A stretch of DNA of 64,000 nt from Candidatus Bathyarchaeota archaeon (GTDB taxonomy: Archaea; Thermoproteota; Bathyarchaeia; Hecatellales; Hecatellaceae). Below the pieces are notes generated by a model. It was not told the origin of the DNA. It saw nothing but the letters and a program-made list of their open reading frames with translations, and made no database searches. A program made the position numbers and the translations under genes. Where the stretch lies: assembly GCA_052246995.1 (NCBI GenBank), contig JBQPWD010000006.1, forward strand, positions 90,970-154,969, given 5' to 3'. Shown in pieces: positions 19,267-29,298 of the stretch; position 1 is the stretch's first letter; each line of letters starts with the position of its first letter.

Positions 19267-20035
19267 AAGTTTACGTTTTATAGATTTAGACCTTATCCAA
19301 CTTGAAAAAATTCATGGAATTGAGGAAGCTATAGCGCGCTCAAAAAAATTTAAACCAACTCTAATTTTTTGGAGGTCAATTAAGCCTGCACTTACTGTTG
19401 GATATTTTCAGAAGGTTGAAGAAAAACTTAACATTGAAAAATGTCGTGAGTTAGGAGTTAGATTTGTGCGTAGGGTTAGTGGAGGCAGTGTTGGCCCCTT
19501 AGACCCTGACATACTGTCATACTCAGTAGTTCTTAAGGAGGAAAGTGGAGGGATAACAGGAAGTATTGAAAAAACCTATAACATCCTTTGTAGTGGCATT
19601 GTTTTAGCTTTTAAAAAACTTGGGTTAAACGCTTATCTTACACGTATAAGTGATGTGGAAATTGATGGTAAGAAAGTTTCTGGAAATGCTCAAGCTAGAG
19701 TTTGGGGCAAGGTTCTTCAGCATGGTTTTATCTACCTAAACCTTGACCTAGAAACATTCAAAAATCTTCTTAACAAGGAAAAACTTAAGGAAAAAATTTC
19801 TTCCATGGATGAAAGAATTACATGCATTAACAAAGAGCTTTTAAAGCTTGGAAGAAAACCGTTAACCATCGAAGAGCTTAAAAATTATTTAAAGAATGGG
19901 TTTGAGGAGGCTTTAAATGTTGAACTTATAAATGAAGATTTAACTGACGAGGAAAAAATGAAAGCTGAAGATTATGCTAAAAAGTTTTTTACAGATGAAT
20001 GGAATTTTAAGCTTGAAAAGTTAACACCACCATAA
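19256..20035 (+). CDS. lipoate-protein ligase / octanoyltransferase catalytic domain
   Basis: RRVSGG, DGKKVSGNAQ, LQHG, WNF; no C-terminal LplB domain; start moved to ATG 19256. Confidence 0.88.
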   Translation: MKIKSLRFIDLDLIQLEKIHGIEEAIARSKKFKPTLIFWRSIKPALTVGYFQKVEEKLNIEKCRELGVRFVRRVSGGSVGPLDPDILSYSVVLKEESGGITGSIEKTYNILCSGIVLAFKKLGLNAYLTRISDVEIDGKKVSGNAQARVWGKVLQHGFIYLNLDLETFKNLLNKEKLKEKISSMDERITCINKELLKLGRKPLTIEELKNYLKNGFEEALNVELINEDLTDEEKMKAEDYAKKFFTDEWNFKLEKLTPP

Positions 20036-20192
20036 TGTACATGAAATTCCTTTAAGAGAAGAAATTTTTGTTTTATTCTTCAGTTGACGGGAATTTAGTT
20101 TTAACATTCAAGCGTAAAATATTTAGGCTAAATTTAAATATTCAACGTATCTTTCTATATACGAAACTAGGATTTTAGCGGAGGTTTGTGAT

Positions 20193-21719
20193 ATAAGAGG
20201 CTTAGAAACTCTAAGGAAGTATGAAGAAATAAATGAAAAAATTAAGCATGGAAATGTTGTTGTAATGACTGCGGATGAATTTGTTGAGTATGCAAAAACC
20301 CATGGTGTTGAAGCTGCTGCAAAGGAGGTTGATGTTGTAACAACAGGAACCTTTGGGGCTATGTGTAGTTCGGGAGTATTTTTGAATTTTGGACATTCTG
20401 ACCCGCCAATTAAGATGCATAAATGTTGGCTTAACGATGTTCCAGCTTACGGATGCCTCGCTGCAGTCGATGCCTACCTTGGTGCTACGGCTTTAAGTGA
20501 AACTAAAGGGTTGGAGTATGGTGGAGGACATGTTATAGAGGACCTTGTAAGTGGAAAGGAAGTTGAGCTTCGTGGAGAAGGTTTTGTTACAGACTGCTAC
20601 CCTAGAAACTATGTGGAAACTGTTATAACAATTGAAGATTTAAATCAGGCAATACTTTTAAATCCACGCAACGCTTATCAACGATATAACGCTGCAACAA
20701 ACACAACAGACCGTATCCTTTATACCTACATGGGGACCCTTCTACCCCGTGCTGAAAACGTAAACTACTCTGGTTCAGGGCAGCTTAACCCCCTATACAA
20801 AGATAAAAATTTTGAAACTATAGGTGTTGGTACAAGAATTTTTCTTGGTGGAGGCGTAGGCTACGTTGTTGGTGAAGGAACTCAGCATAATCCTCAAAAC
20901 CAGTTTGGAACGATAATGGTTCGTGGAGACCTTAAACGTATGAATCCAAAATACCTTAAAGGTGCAACTTTTTACAGGTATGGTGTAACCCTTTATGTTG
21001 GTGTTGGAGTTCCAATACCGCTAATAAACATGAGGGTTGCAGAGTCAGCAGCATTGTCAGATGAGGAAATCTTTACTGACATTGTTGATTATGGTGTTCC
21101 ATCAAGTAGACGCCCATCTTTACGTAAAGTTTCTTATGCTGAGTTAAAATCTGAGAGGGTTGTTTTAAACGACAAAACTGTTCCGTCTTCTTCTCTTTCA
21201 AGCCTTAAGGTTGCTAAAGAGATAGCTGAAACACTTAAAAGATGGATTGAGGAGGGGTTGTTCTTTCTCTCTAAACCTGTTGAACTTCTTCCAGGTTACA
21301 TGGAGTTTAAACCTTTAAGGGTTAGAAGATATGAGCCAAGAGTTAAGGATGTTATGGTAACAGATATTATAACAGCAAAAGTTACAGATAGTATTAAGGT
21401 TGTTGCTGAGCTTATTCTCAAGCATAACATAGATCATATACCAATTATTGATGAACATGGTAAGCTTGTGGGCATAGTTACATCATGGGATATTGCTAAA
21501 GCTGTTGCTAAAGGTAGTAAAAACCTAGATGAGATAATGACTAAAAAGGTGATTACAGCATCTGCAGAAGAGTCGCTGGACATTGTTGCTAGACGGCTTT
21601 CAGACAATAAAATTTCAGGTTTGCCTGTGGTTGATGAAGCTAATACTGTAATTGGCATAGTTACAACAGATGATCTAACAAAATTTTTAAGCAGATATAG
21701 GGGAAAACTTCCATGGTAA
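20193..21719 (+). CDS. L-aspartate semialdehyde sulfurtransferase (DUF39 + CBS; MA1821-like homocysteine biosynthesis)
   Basis: VDVVTTGTFGAMCSSG, GGGHVIEDL, RNAYQRY and a C-terminal CBS pair. The conserved N-terminus YEEINEKIK lies upstream of the first ATG (20265), so an ATA start at 20193 is proposed. Confidence 0.88.
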   Translation: MRGLETLRKYEEINEKIKHGNVVVMTADEFVEYAKTHGVEAAAKEVDVVTTGTFGAMCSSGVFLNFGHSDPPIKMHKCWLNDVPAYGCLAAVDAYLGATALSETKGLEYGGGHVIEDLVSGKEVELRGEGFVTDCYPRNYVETVITIEDLNQAILLNPRNAYQRYNAATNTTDRILYTYMGTLLPRAENVNYSGSGQLNPLYKDKNFETIGVGTRIFLGGGVGYVVGEGTQHNPQNQFGTIMVRGDLKRMNPKYLKGATFYRYGVTLYVGVGVPIPLINMRVAESAALSDEEIFTDIVDYGVPSSRRPSLRKVSYAELKSERVVLNDKTVPSSSLSSLKVAKEIAETLKRWIEEGLFFLSKPVELLPGYMEFKPLRVRRYEPRVKDVMVTDIITAKVTDSIKVVAELILKHNIDHIPIIDEHGKLVGIVTSWDIAKAVAKGSKNLDEIMTKKVITASAEESLDIVARRLSDNKISGLPVVDEANTVIGIVTTDDLTKFLSRYRGKLPW

Positions 21720-22108
21720 AGTTAAAGTTAACCTATAGTCATAAAAGCTTAAGTAAACCTATTCTTGCTGAGGTTATACTTAAAACAGGTATACTCGTAA
21801 ACATTCTGGAGGCAAGCGTTTCTCCTGTTTCAGGAGAAATTCTTGTTGATGTTGATGCTCCAAGGGAGAAAGTTGACAGCATTATTTCTTTGCTTAAGAG
21901 TTCAGGTGTAGACGTTAAAGAAATAACGCAAATAGTTGAAATAGACATAAGCCGTTGTATCTCCTGCGGAGCATGTATTTCCCCATGTCCAACTCATGCT
22001 TTAACCTTAAACCAAGATTTAACTTTAAACTTTGATGAAAAAAAGTGCATCAGATGTAGAATATGTGTTAACGCATGTCCTATTAAAGTGATAAAATTTG
22101 TATACTAA
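21713..22108 (+). CDS. NIL domain + 2x[4Fe-4S] ferredoxin (MA1822-like)
   Basis: KPILAEVILKTGILVNILEA; CISCGACISPCP, CIRCRICVNACP. Confidence 0.9.
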   Translation: MVKLKLTYSHKSLSKPILAEVILKTGILVNILEASVSPVSGEILVDVDAPREKVDSIISLLKSSGVDVKEITQIVEIDISRCISCGACISPCPTHALTLNQDLTLNFDEKKCIRCRICVNACPIKVIKFVY

Positions 22109-22889
22109 TGATTACAAGGTTTTACCTATAACTTACAGGCAAGGACTTTATAGGCTAAGGTTTAAGTTTAAAGAGACAAACATGCTTGTAGTTTCAGATA
22201 ATATCAAAGCTTTAAAATTAGCGTTAAAATCAACGTTACATCACAGAAAACTTCTTGAAAACTACATTAGAAAAGATTTAGCGTTTCTTTATGCTTTGAA
22301 CCCTCTAAAAGTAAAACCTGACATGCCAGCAATTGTTAAGCTGGCTACTGAAGCTGCGGAGAAGGCTGGAGTTGGACCTATGGCTGCCGTTCCGGGTGCT
22401 TTGGCAGAACTTGTTGCTAGGGATATTAAACCCTACAGCCACTTAACCACACTAGTTGAAAATGGAGGGGAAATTTTTGCTTATTCTGGAAAAATCCTAA
22501 ACGTGGGAGTCTATGCTGGAGACTCGCCTATCTCAGGCAGGTTGGGTTTTAGACTTGAAGCTGAAGATTTCCCTATTGGTATTGCTACAAGTTCGGCGAC
22601 TGTTAGTCATGCTTTAAGTTTTGGGGAGGCTGATGCCGTCGTTACTTTTTCAGATTCTTCAGCTCTTGCAGATGCTGCAGCAACAGCTATATGTAACAGT
22701 GTAAGAGGGAAAGATGTTGAAGCCTCCGTTCAAAAAGGTTTAGAAAGATCTGAGGAAATTGATGGTTTAAGAGGGGTTTTTATTGTTAGAGGTAGGTATG
22801 TTGGGGTTGTTGGAAAACTTCCAAAAATTTTAAACATTAATGGTAGCTTGGAGGAAATGTTTAACGCTGGTAGAGCTATTCTTCTCTAA
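22098..22889 (+). CDS. UPF0280/ApbE-like protein (MA1715-like sulfide assimilation)
   Basis: VGPMAAVPG, VENGGE, ATSSATVSHALSFGEADA, ADAAATAICN. Confidence 0.87.
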   Translation: MYTNDYKVLPITYRQGLYRLRFKFKETNMLVVSDNIKALKLALKSTLHHRKLLENYIRKDLAFLYALNPLKVKPDMPAIVKLATEAAEKAGVGPMAAVPGALAELVARDIKPYSHLTTLVENGGEIFAYSGKILNVGVYAGDSPISGRLGFRLEAEDFPIGIATSSATVSHALSFGEADAVVTFSDSSALADAAATAICNSVRGKDVEASVQKGLERSEEIDGLRGVFIVRGRYVGVVGKLPKILNINGSLEEMFNAGRAILL

Positions 22890-22894
22890 CTGTA

Positions 22895-22931
22895 CTTACC
22901 GTATTGGGAAGTTTCTTTACCAAACGTAAAG
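22895..22931. promoter_or_regulatory. tandem 17-bp palindromic operator upstream of the wHTH gene
   Basis: CTTACC-GTATT-GGGAAG ttt CTTTAC-CAAAC-GTAAAG directly before TATA-like AATATATA (22932-22939). Confidence 0.6.
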
Positions 22932-22962
22932 AATATATACAATTTCTTCCATAAAAATCTTA

Positions 22963-23376
22963 GTGAAAAGAATAATGACGCTCCAAAGAAGGATTAAGAG
23001 GTTCAGGTTAACAACCAGCGACGGAAAAACAATTTTTGAAGAAGAAATTGACGTAGCCTCAGTACCAATTAGTGAAGTAAGCTCAATAATGAATATACTA
23101 AAAATTATTTCAAACGAAAGTAGGTTTAGGGTTATAAGCTGGATTGCTGAAAAAAAGAGCTCAAGCTTCAAGGAGCTTTGCAACGGCCTAGGCTACAGCC
23201 AAAAAACAATAGCCCAATCCTTAGATGACCTTTTAAAAGTTAACGTTATAACAAAAACACCTGAAGGTTACATTCTTTCACCACTCGGCAGGATGATGGT
23301 CTTGTACTTTAAGGAGTTGGCAAGTATAATTAGGAAAATCAGCGAGTTTGAAAGATTAATGATGGAGTTTGAATAA
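22963..23376 (+). CDS. ArsR-like winged-helix transcription regulator
   Basis: LKIISNESRFRVISWI..SFKELCNGLGYSQKTIAQSLDDL..GYILSPLG. Confidence 0.8.
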   Translation: MKRIMTLQRRIKRFRLTTSDGKTIFEEEIDVASVPISEVSSIMNILKIISNESRFRVISWIAEKKSSSFKELCNGLGYSQKTIAQSLDDLLKVNVITKTPEGYILSPLGRMMVLYFKELASIIRKISEFERLMMEFE

Positions 23377-23385
23377 AGTTTTATA

Positions 23386-23447
23386 GAAAAGTTTATATAT
23401 TAGAATTTCTCTTTCCTAATTAGAAAGTTTCTTTCCATTTTAGAAAG
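23386..23447 (+). promoter_or_regulatory. cdc48 promoter (BRE+TATA) followed by tandem operator
   Basis: GAAAAG-TTTATATA (23386-23399), then CTTTCC-TAATT-AGAAAG ttt CTTTCC-ATTTT-AGAAAG (23411-23447). Confidence 0.7.
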
Positions 23448-23472
23448 TTAGTAACCAGAGAGGTGATAAAAA

Positions 23473-25647
23473 ATGGCAGGAGTTCAGCTTAAAGTTGAAG
23501 CTTCTCGTCAAAGAGATGCAGGAAGAGGAATTGTACGAATACCACCAAAGTATATGGATAAATTAGGTGTTGGAGCTGGGGATATCGTTGAAATTGAAGG
23601 TAAAAAGGTAACATCAGCCATAGTTTGGCCAGCTTACCCTGAGGATAATGAACTTAACATCATAAGGATGGATGGTATTACAAGGGGTAATGCAAAAGTT
23701 GGCATAGGAGATACTGTAACAGTTAGAAAGGTTGATGTAAAACCCGCAAATAAGGTTATTCTAGCACCAACTGAATCTACGACATTTGGTGAGGGTTTTG
23801 AAGAATACGTTAAAAACTATCTTTTAGGCCGTCCAATAGTTCAAGGAGATAACATAGTTATCGGTGTTTTAGGACAACCTTTACAATTTATAGTGGTAAG
23901 CACATCTCCAGCAGGAGTTGTCCAAATTTCAGATAAAACAAGACTTCAACTACAAACCGAACCTGCTAAAGGCATTGAAACCATACCAAGGGTAACCTAT
24001 GAAGATGTAGGTGGACTTAAAGAGGCTGTTCAAAGAATTAGGGAAATGGTTGAACTACCATTAAGGCATCCTGAACTTTTCCAGAGGCTGGGTATTGACC
24101 CTCCTAAGGGTGTTCTTCTTTACGGTCCTCCTGGTTGTGGTAAGACTTTGCTTGCTAAGGCTGTTGCTAACGAGTCTAACGCCTACTTTATCAGCATTAA
24201 CGGTCCTGAAATTATGAGTAAGTTTTACGGTGAATCTGAAGCTAGATTAAGAGAAATTTTCCAGAAAGCTCAGGAAAATGCTCCATCAATAATTTTTATC
24301 GACGAAATTGATGCAATAGCACCTAAAAGAGAAGAAGTCGTTGGCGAAGTTGAAAAGAGAGTTGTAGCCCAACTTTTATCCTTAATGGACGGTTTGCAGG
24401 CTAGAGGAAACGTTATAGTTATAGGTGCAACAAACGTACCCAGCATCCTAGACCCGGCACTACGTAGACCTGGAAGATTTGACAGGGAAATTGAAATAGG
24501 AGTACCGGACAAGGATGGAAGATATGAAATACTCTTAATCCACACAAGAGGTATGCCCTTAGCAAAAGACGTAGACTTAAAGAAACTTGCGGAGATAACC
24601 CATGGTTATACTGGAGCTGATATTGCAGCTTTATGTAGAGAAGCAGCCATGAAAGCTTTGCGTAGATACCTACCTGAAATAAATCTTGAGGAGGAACGTA
24701 TACCTCAAAACATACTTGAATCTATGGAAGTTAGAATGAGCGACTTTTTAGCGGCGTATAGAGAGATAACCCCCACAGCTATGAGAGAAGTTTACATTGA
24801 AATTCCAAACGTACGTTGGTATGACATTGGTGGACTTGAAAAAGTTAAGGCTGAGCTTATAGAAGCTGTTGAATGGCCTTTAAAATATCCTGATGCATTT
24901 AAAAGCATGGGTATTAGTCCTCCTAAGGGTATTCTTCTTTATGGTCCTCCTGGTTGTGGTAAGACTTTGCTTGCTAAGGCTGTTGCAACTGAAAGTGAGG
25001 CAAACTTTATAAGCATTAAGGGACCGGAGGTTTTCAGTAAGTGGGTTGGAGAATCTGAAAAAGCTATTAGAGAAGTTTTTAGGAAAGCTAGAATGGCTTC
25101 ACCGTCGGTAATTTTCTTTGATGAGTTTGATGCTCTTGTGCCTAGAAGAGGTATGGGTTACGCTGACCAGGGTGTTTCTGAAAGAGTTATAAGTCAGCTT
25201 CTAACAGAGATGGATGGAATCACCGACCTTGAAAATATTGTTGTTTTAGCCGCAACCAATAGACCTGACATTCTTGACCCTGCTGTTCTCCGTCCTGGGA
25301 GATTTGATAAGCTTATCTATGTTAATGCACCTGATGAAAAAGCTAGACTTGAAATCTTCAAGATCTACACAAAAAACATGCCTTTAGCTAAAGATGTTAG
25401 CATTGAGGAGTTGGCATTAATAACTAAAGGTTACAGTGGAGCTGATATTAAAGCGATATGTAATGAAGCTGGGATGAATGCTCTTAGAAGAGATATAACT
25501 AGAAAAGAAGTTAAAATGGAAGATTTTAAGGAAGCATTAAACAGAATAGGGCCAAGCTTAACACCGGAAATGGATAAATTCTATGAAAGTTTTGTAAGAA
25601 ACTTTAAGAAAATTGAGAAAATGGTTATGCCTCCACCCATAGCCTAA
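23473..25647 (+). CDS. cdc48: CDC48/VCP AAA+ ATPase
   Basis: N-domain plus two AAA modules (GPPGCGKT x2, DEID/DEFD, RPGRFD x2); SD GAGGTGA. Confidence 0.97.
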   Translation: MAGVQLKVEASRQRDAGRGIVRIPPKYMDKLGVGAGDIVEIEGKKVTSAIVWPAYPEDNELNIIRMDGITRGNAKVGIGDTVTVRKVDVKPANKVILAPTESTTFGEGFEEYVKNYLLGRPIVQGDNIVIGVLGQPLQFIVVSTSPAGVVQISDKTRLQLQTEPAKGIETIPRVTYEDVGGLKEAVQRIREMVELPLRHPELFQRLGIDPPKGVLLYGPPGCGKTLLAKAVANESNAYFISINGPEIMSKFYGESEARLREIFQKAQENAPSIIFIDEIDAIAPKREEVVGEVEKRVVAQLLSLMDGLQARGNVIVIGATNVPSILDPALRRPGRFDREIEIGVPDKDGRYEILLIHTRGMPLAKDVDLKKLAEITHGYTGADIAALCREAAMKALRRYLPEINLEEERIPQNILESMEVRMSDFLAAYREITPTAMREVYIEIPNVRWYDIGGLEKVKAELIEAVEWPLKYPDAFKSMGISPPKGILLYGPPGCGKTLLAKAVATESEANFISIKGPEVFSKWVGESEKAIREVFRKARMASPSVIFFDEFDALVPRRGMGYADQGVSERVISQLLTEMDGITDLENIVVLAATNRPDILDPAVLRPGRFDKLIYVNAPDEKARLEIFKIYTKNMPLAKDVSIEELALITKGYSGADIKAICNEAGMNALRRDITRKEVKMEDFKEALNRIGPSLTPEMDKFYESFVRNFKKIEKMVMPPPIA

Positions 25648-25697
25648 CATATTTTCTTTTAAAATTTTAGCCTGCTTAAAATTTTTAGAAGGTTTTA

Positions 25698-25931
25698 GTG
25701 ATGAGTAAAATTTGGAAACCAATACCTCTTCAACATAAAATAATTGAAATACTGAATGCTTCCAATGGCTCCTGTGAGGATGGTGAGTTATTAAGGATTC
25801 TAAAAAAAGAGGGTTGGGAAGTTTCGGTAAGTAGTTTAAACAAAGTTTTACTCCAACTTGAAATTCAAGGATACATTACTGTTTACACCGTTGGTAAAGG
25901 AAAGAGAAAAGTAGAATTAAAAAAGACTTAA
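25698..25931 (+). CDS. small winged-helix protein downstream of cdc48
   Basis: LNKVLLQLEIQGYITVY wHTH-like pattern. Confidence 0.7.
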   Translation: MMSKIWKPIPLQHKIIEILNASNGSCEDGELLRILKKEGWEVSVSSLNKVLLQLEIQGYITVYTVGKGKRKVELKKT

Positions 25932-26151
25932 ACTTTTATCAGTAAACTGGCTCTATTGACATTCTTCACGGTTAATTTGGTAAGAAAAGCTTAGGATTTG
26001 GATTACACTCAACATAACCATAACATGGTATTTTTAAGCTATAAATCTCAGGATTTTTGAAAAAAGCCATGAAAACCTAGCTTTAAAAGGCTTAAGGATA
26101 TTTTCTTAAACTTTTTAAGCATGCCACCCTTAAGCTTTATTAAGAGAAGAG

Positions 26152-27180
26152 TTGGGTGTAAATTTTAAAGAAATAGTTCCAAAGAAGAATATAAGTTTAG
26201 AAGACCTTAAAGGTAAAAGTTTAGCTATAGATGCATACAATGCTTTATACCAGTTTTTAGCCATAATAAGGCAGCCCACAGGAGAACCTTTAATTGATAA
26301 AAGTGGAAGAATAACAAGCCATTTAAGCGGTTTACTTTATAGAACATCAAACCTTGTTGAGATGGGGATAAAACCAGTTTATGTTTTTGATGGAAAACCT
26401 CCATCTCTTAAATCTGTTGAGATTGAGCGAAGAAAAATGATTAAACAACAAGCTGTAGTAAAATATGAAGAAGCCTTAAGAAGAGGAAATTTAGAGGAAG
26501 CTAGAAAACATGCACAAATGACATCTAAACTTGAAGATTACATGGTTGAGGATGCTAAAACACTTTTAAACCTTATCGGAATACCATGGGTTCAAGCTCC
26601 ATGTGAAGGAGAAGCTCAAGCAGCTTATTTAGCTATTAAAGGAGATGTTTGGGCTACTGTAAGCCAAGACTACGATTCATTACTGTTTGGGGCGCCAAAA
26701 CTTGTAAGAAACTTGACGATTAGTGGTAAAAGAAAGCTTCCAGGAAAAAACGTTTACGTTGAAGTTAACCTTGAAGTTATAGACTTAAACCAAGTTTTAG
26801 CTGAACTTAAAATAAGTAGGGAACAGCTTATTGATGTTGGAATACTTATTGGAACAGATTTTAATCCTGACGGTGTTAAAGGAATAGGTCCTAAAACAGC
26901 ATTAAAACTTATAAGGGAACATGGATCCATCGAAAAAATTCCGAACCTACCTGTGGAGGCTTTTCCTGAAAAGCCTGAAAAAATAAGGAAAATTTTTCTT
27001 AAACCTGATGTTACTGATGAATACAAAATTGAGTGGAAAACTTCGGATGTTGAGGGTGTTGTTAGGTTTTTATGCGGTGAAAGGGATTTTTCCGAGGATA
27101 GGGTTAGAAAGGCTGTAGAAAAAATTCGTCTAGGATTTAGCAAACTTGAAGCAAAAGGAACACTAGAAAAATGGTTTTAA
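26152..27180 (+). CDS. fen: flap endonuclease 1
   Basis: AIDAYNALYQFL, EGEAQAAY, SQDYDSLLFG, GTDFNP, C-terminal PIP-like TLEKWF. Confidence 0.97.
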   Translation: MGVNFKEIVPKKNISLEDLKGKSLAIDAYNALYQFLAIIRQPTGEPLIDKSGRITSHLSGLLYRTSNLVEMGIKPVYVFDGKPPSLKSVEIERRKMIKQQAVVKYEEALRRGNLEEARKHAQMTSKLEDYMVEDAKTLLNLIGIPWVQAPCEGEAQAAYLAIKGDVWATVSQDYDSLLFGAPKLVRNLTISGKRKLPGKNVYVEVNLEVIDLNQVLAELKISREQLIDVGILIGTDFNPDGVKGIGPKTALKLIREHGSIEKIPNLPVEAFPEKPEKIRKIFLKPDVTDEYKIEWKTSDVEGVVRFLCGERDFSEDRVRKAVEKIRLGFSKLEAKGTLEKWF

Positions 27181-27219
27181 AATTTGACTTATTTTCTTTA
27201 GATTAGAAGGGGGGTAAAA

Positions 27220-27771
27220 ATGGAAAAATGTTCTGTTCTTGTTGTAGATATGTTAAACGACTTTGTTAAGGGAAAGTTAAGATGCGACAGAGCTGTAAAC
27301 ATTATTCCTAACATTAGAAGGCTTTTAGATGTAGCCCGTAAAAAAGGTATCCCGTGTATATATGTTAATGATGCCCATCTACCTAAGGTTGATAAAGAAT
27401 TTGATTTATGGGGTCCACATGCGGTTGTTGGAACTTGGGGAGCTGAAGTTATAGATGAGCTTAAACCTCAACCTTCAGAGTACGTTATTCAGAAAAGAAG
27501 GTATAGTGGATTTTATCAGACAAGTTTAGAGCTTCTTCTCAGGGAACTTAAAATTGAAACGTTAATAATAACAGGAATTCTTACCGATGTGTGCGTTCAG
27601 CATACAGCTTATGATGCATACCTCTTAGGTTATAACATTATTGTTCCTGTTGAATGTGTTGAAACTTTAAGCGATGAAGCCCAGCATTGGAGTCTAGAAT
27701 ACATGAAAAAGTGTTATCGTGTTAACATTTTAAATTTAAAAGACCTTTTAGAAAGGATGGAAAGGCTGTAG
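27220..27771 (+). CDS. isochorismatase/nicotinamidase-family cysteine hydrolase
   Basis: VVDMLNDF, KRRYSGF, GILTDVCVQHT. Confidence 0.9.
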   Translation: MEKCSVLVVDMLNDFVKGKLRCDRAVNIIPNIRRLLDVARKKGIPCIYVNDAHLPKVDKEFDLWGPHAVVGTWGAEVIDELKPQPSEYVIQKRRYSGFYQTSLELLLRELKIETLIITGILTDVCVQHTAYDAYLLGYNIIVPVECVETLSDEAQHWSLEYMKKCYRVNILNLKDLLERMERL

Positions 27772-27777
27772 TTTTTC

Positions 27778-28077
27778 TTAGCCGCCACCTTTTTCATACT
27801 CTTTAAATGCTTCAACCAGTCTTTTTTTAAACTCTTCCACATCTTCCTCAATCATCTCTGAAGCTTTAATTATAGCTTCAACAGGACTCTTACCACCTTT
27901 AGTTTTCACGTAAAAAATTGGTGAACCTATAAGCCTATGAGGACTAGTCCATCCCGCAATTTCTACATCCTCATTCTCTAAAAGAGTTTTTTGAAGAACA
28001 TTAAGTAGGGTTGAACTTTCACCTTTAACTTCAAACTTTAGCTCTTTATCAGTCTTTTTTACAAGAGTTATCTCCAA
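27778..28077 (-). CDS. rpoL: RNA polymerase subunit L (Rpo11)
   Basis: GESSTLLNVLQKTLLENEDVEIAG...HRL; follows csl4 as in the conserved archaeal cluster. Confidence 0.88.
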   Translation of the reverse strand: MEITLVKKTDKELKFEVKGESSTLLNVLQKTLLENEDVEIAGWTSPHRLIGSPIFYVKTKGGKSPVEAIIKASEMIEEDVEEFKKRLVEAFKEYEKGGG

Positions 28078-28097
28078 CCCTTATTCACCCATTAAGC

Positions 28098-28676
28098 TTA
28101 AACAATGTTTTTACCGTAAAGGATGCTTATTTTCCTTTTCTCAATATTTTTACAGTTTAAGCAGAGAAGGTTTTTTCCATGAAGAGCTAGAATTGAGCCG
28201 CATTTTGAACAATACGATTGAATTGCTCCTAAATCTTTTTTTGCGGTTGTAAGTTGAAAAGGATAGTTTTCATCATCAATAACTTCAGCACGTACAACAT
28301 CCCCAACTTTAAAAGCATCAGGTATAACTTTTACAAAAGATTTGCTTACAAGAGAAACATGTAAAATACCTGTAAAAAACGAGTCTTTAAGCTCGTAGTT
28401 GTTAAGTCTCCTAATTTTTACAAGAGCATACTTATCTTGGGTTTGCTGGATAAAACCCACAACAATATCTCCACTTTTAGGGTAAATAGATTTTTTAACC
28501 TTGGGGATAACTTCAACTCTACGTTTTTTCATTTCAATACGAAGATACCCCACAATTTGAGAATATACTCCTCCATCTACCACATATGTTCCAGGGCCTG
28601 TGGTAAACTCTTCAATTACCCCAATTTTATCTCCAGGGGTAACTAACACTTTATCCTTGTATTTATCTTTATCCAT
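28098..28676 (-). CDS. csl4: exosome RNA-binding subunit Csl4
   Basis: VTPGDKIGVIEEF..GPGTY, S1 domain, CSKC...CLNC..EKRK. Confidence 0.92.
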   Translation of the reverse strand: MDKDKYKDKVLVTPGDKIGVIEEFTTGPGTYVVDGGVYSQIVGYLRIEMKKRRVEVIPKVKKSIYPKSGDIVVGFIQQTQDKYALVKIRRLNNYELKDSFFTGILHVSLVSKSFVKVIPDAFKVGDVVRAEVIDDENYPFQLTTAKKDLGAIQSYCSKCGSILALHGKNLLCLNCKNIEKRKISILYGKNIV

Positions 28677-29295
28677 TTTTAACAATCCGGTAAATGTCAA
28701 CCTTTACTTTATGTTTTGGTTTTTTATGGAAGTTGAAAGTATGGGGAATTACTAATTCTGCTTCAAATATATGTGTAACCCTACCACCACTATCTTTAAC
28801 AACTACTTCCTCTATAAACCTTCTGTTTTCCAAGCCACTTTTATGAATGCTGTAAACAACTTTACCAAGCGATAAAGCCTTCTTAAGAAACCTTACATCA
28901 GCTCCCCTTTTTCTAACTCCAAAAGGAGGATTTTGAAGAACAGTGTCAAATTTTCCTATTAAAACATCAATATCTCCAACAATAAGCTCAACATCAACTC
29001 CCAGTTTTTCCATGTTTGACTTTGCTGTTAAAATAGCTAGTTTATCAATATCAACAGCAACAACATTGCATGCTTTAAGCCATGCGGCTCCTAAAGCAAG
29101 CATACCGGAGCCACAGCCAAGGTCACATACACTTTTACAGGTAATGTCGTTAAAAGTGTAGGTTGCTGTATAAAGAATGTTAGCTGCAAGGTTTGGGGGG
29201 AGGGTGTACTGCTCAAGAATTAGTTTAGGTTGGGGGTGAGGTTTAACTTTTGAAAGAAAAATTTCAAGCTCCCTTTTTCTAACAACTTCTCTCAT
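28669..29295 (-). CDS. METTL5-family methyltransferase
   Basis: LEQYT, DLGCGSG, NPPFG, FHKK. Confidence 0.92.
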   Translation of the reverse strand: MREVVRKRELEIFLSKVKPHPQPKLILEQYTLPPNLAANILYTATYTFNDITCKSVCDLGCGSGMLALGAAWLKACNVVAVDIDKLAILTAKSNMEKLGVDVELIVGDIDVLIGKFDTVLQNPPFGVRKRGADVRFLKKALSLGKVVYSIHKSGLENRRFIEEVVVKDSGGRVTHIFEAELVIPHTFNFHKKPKHKVKVDIYRIVKNG

Positions 29296-29298
29296 CTT

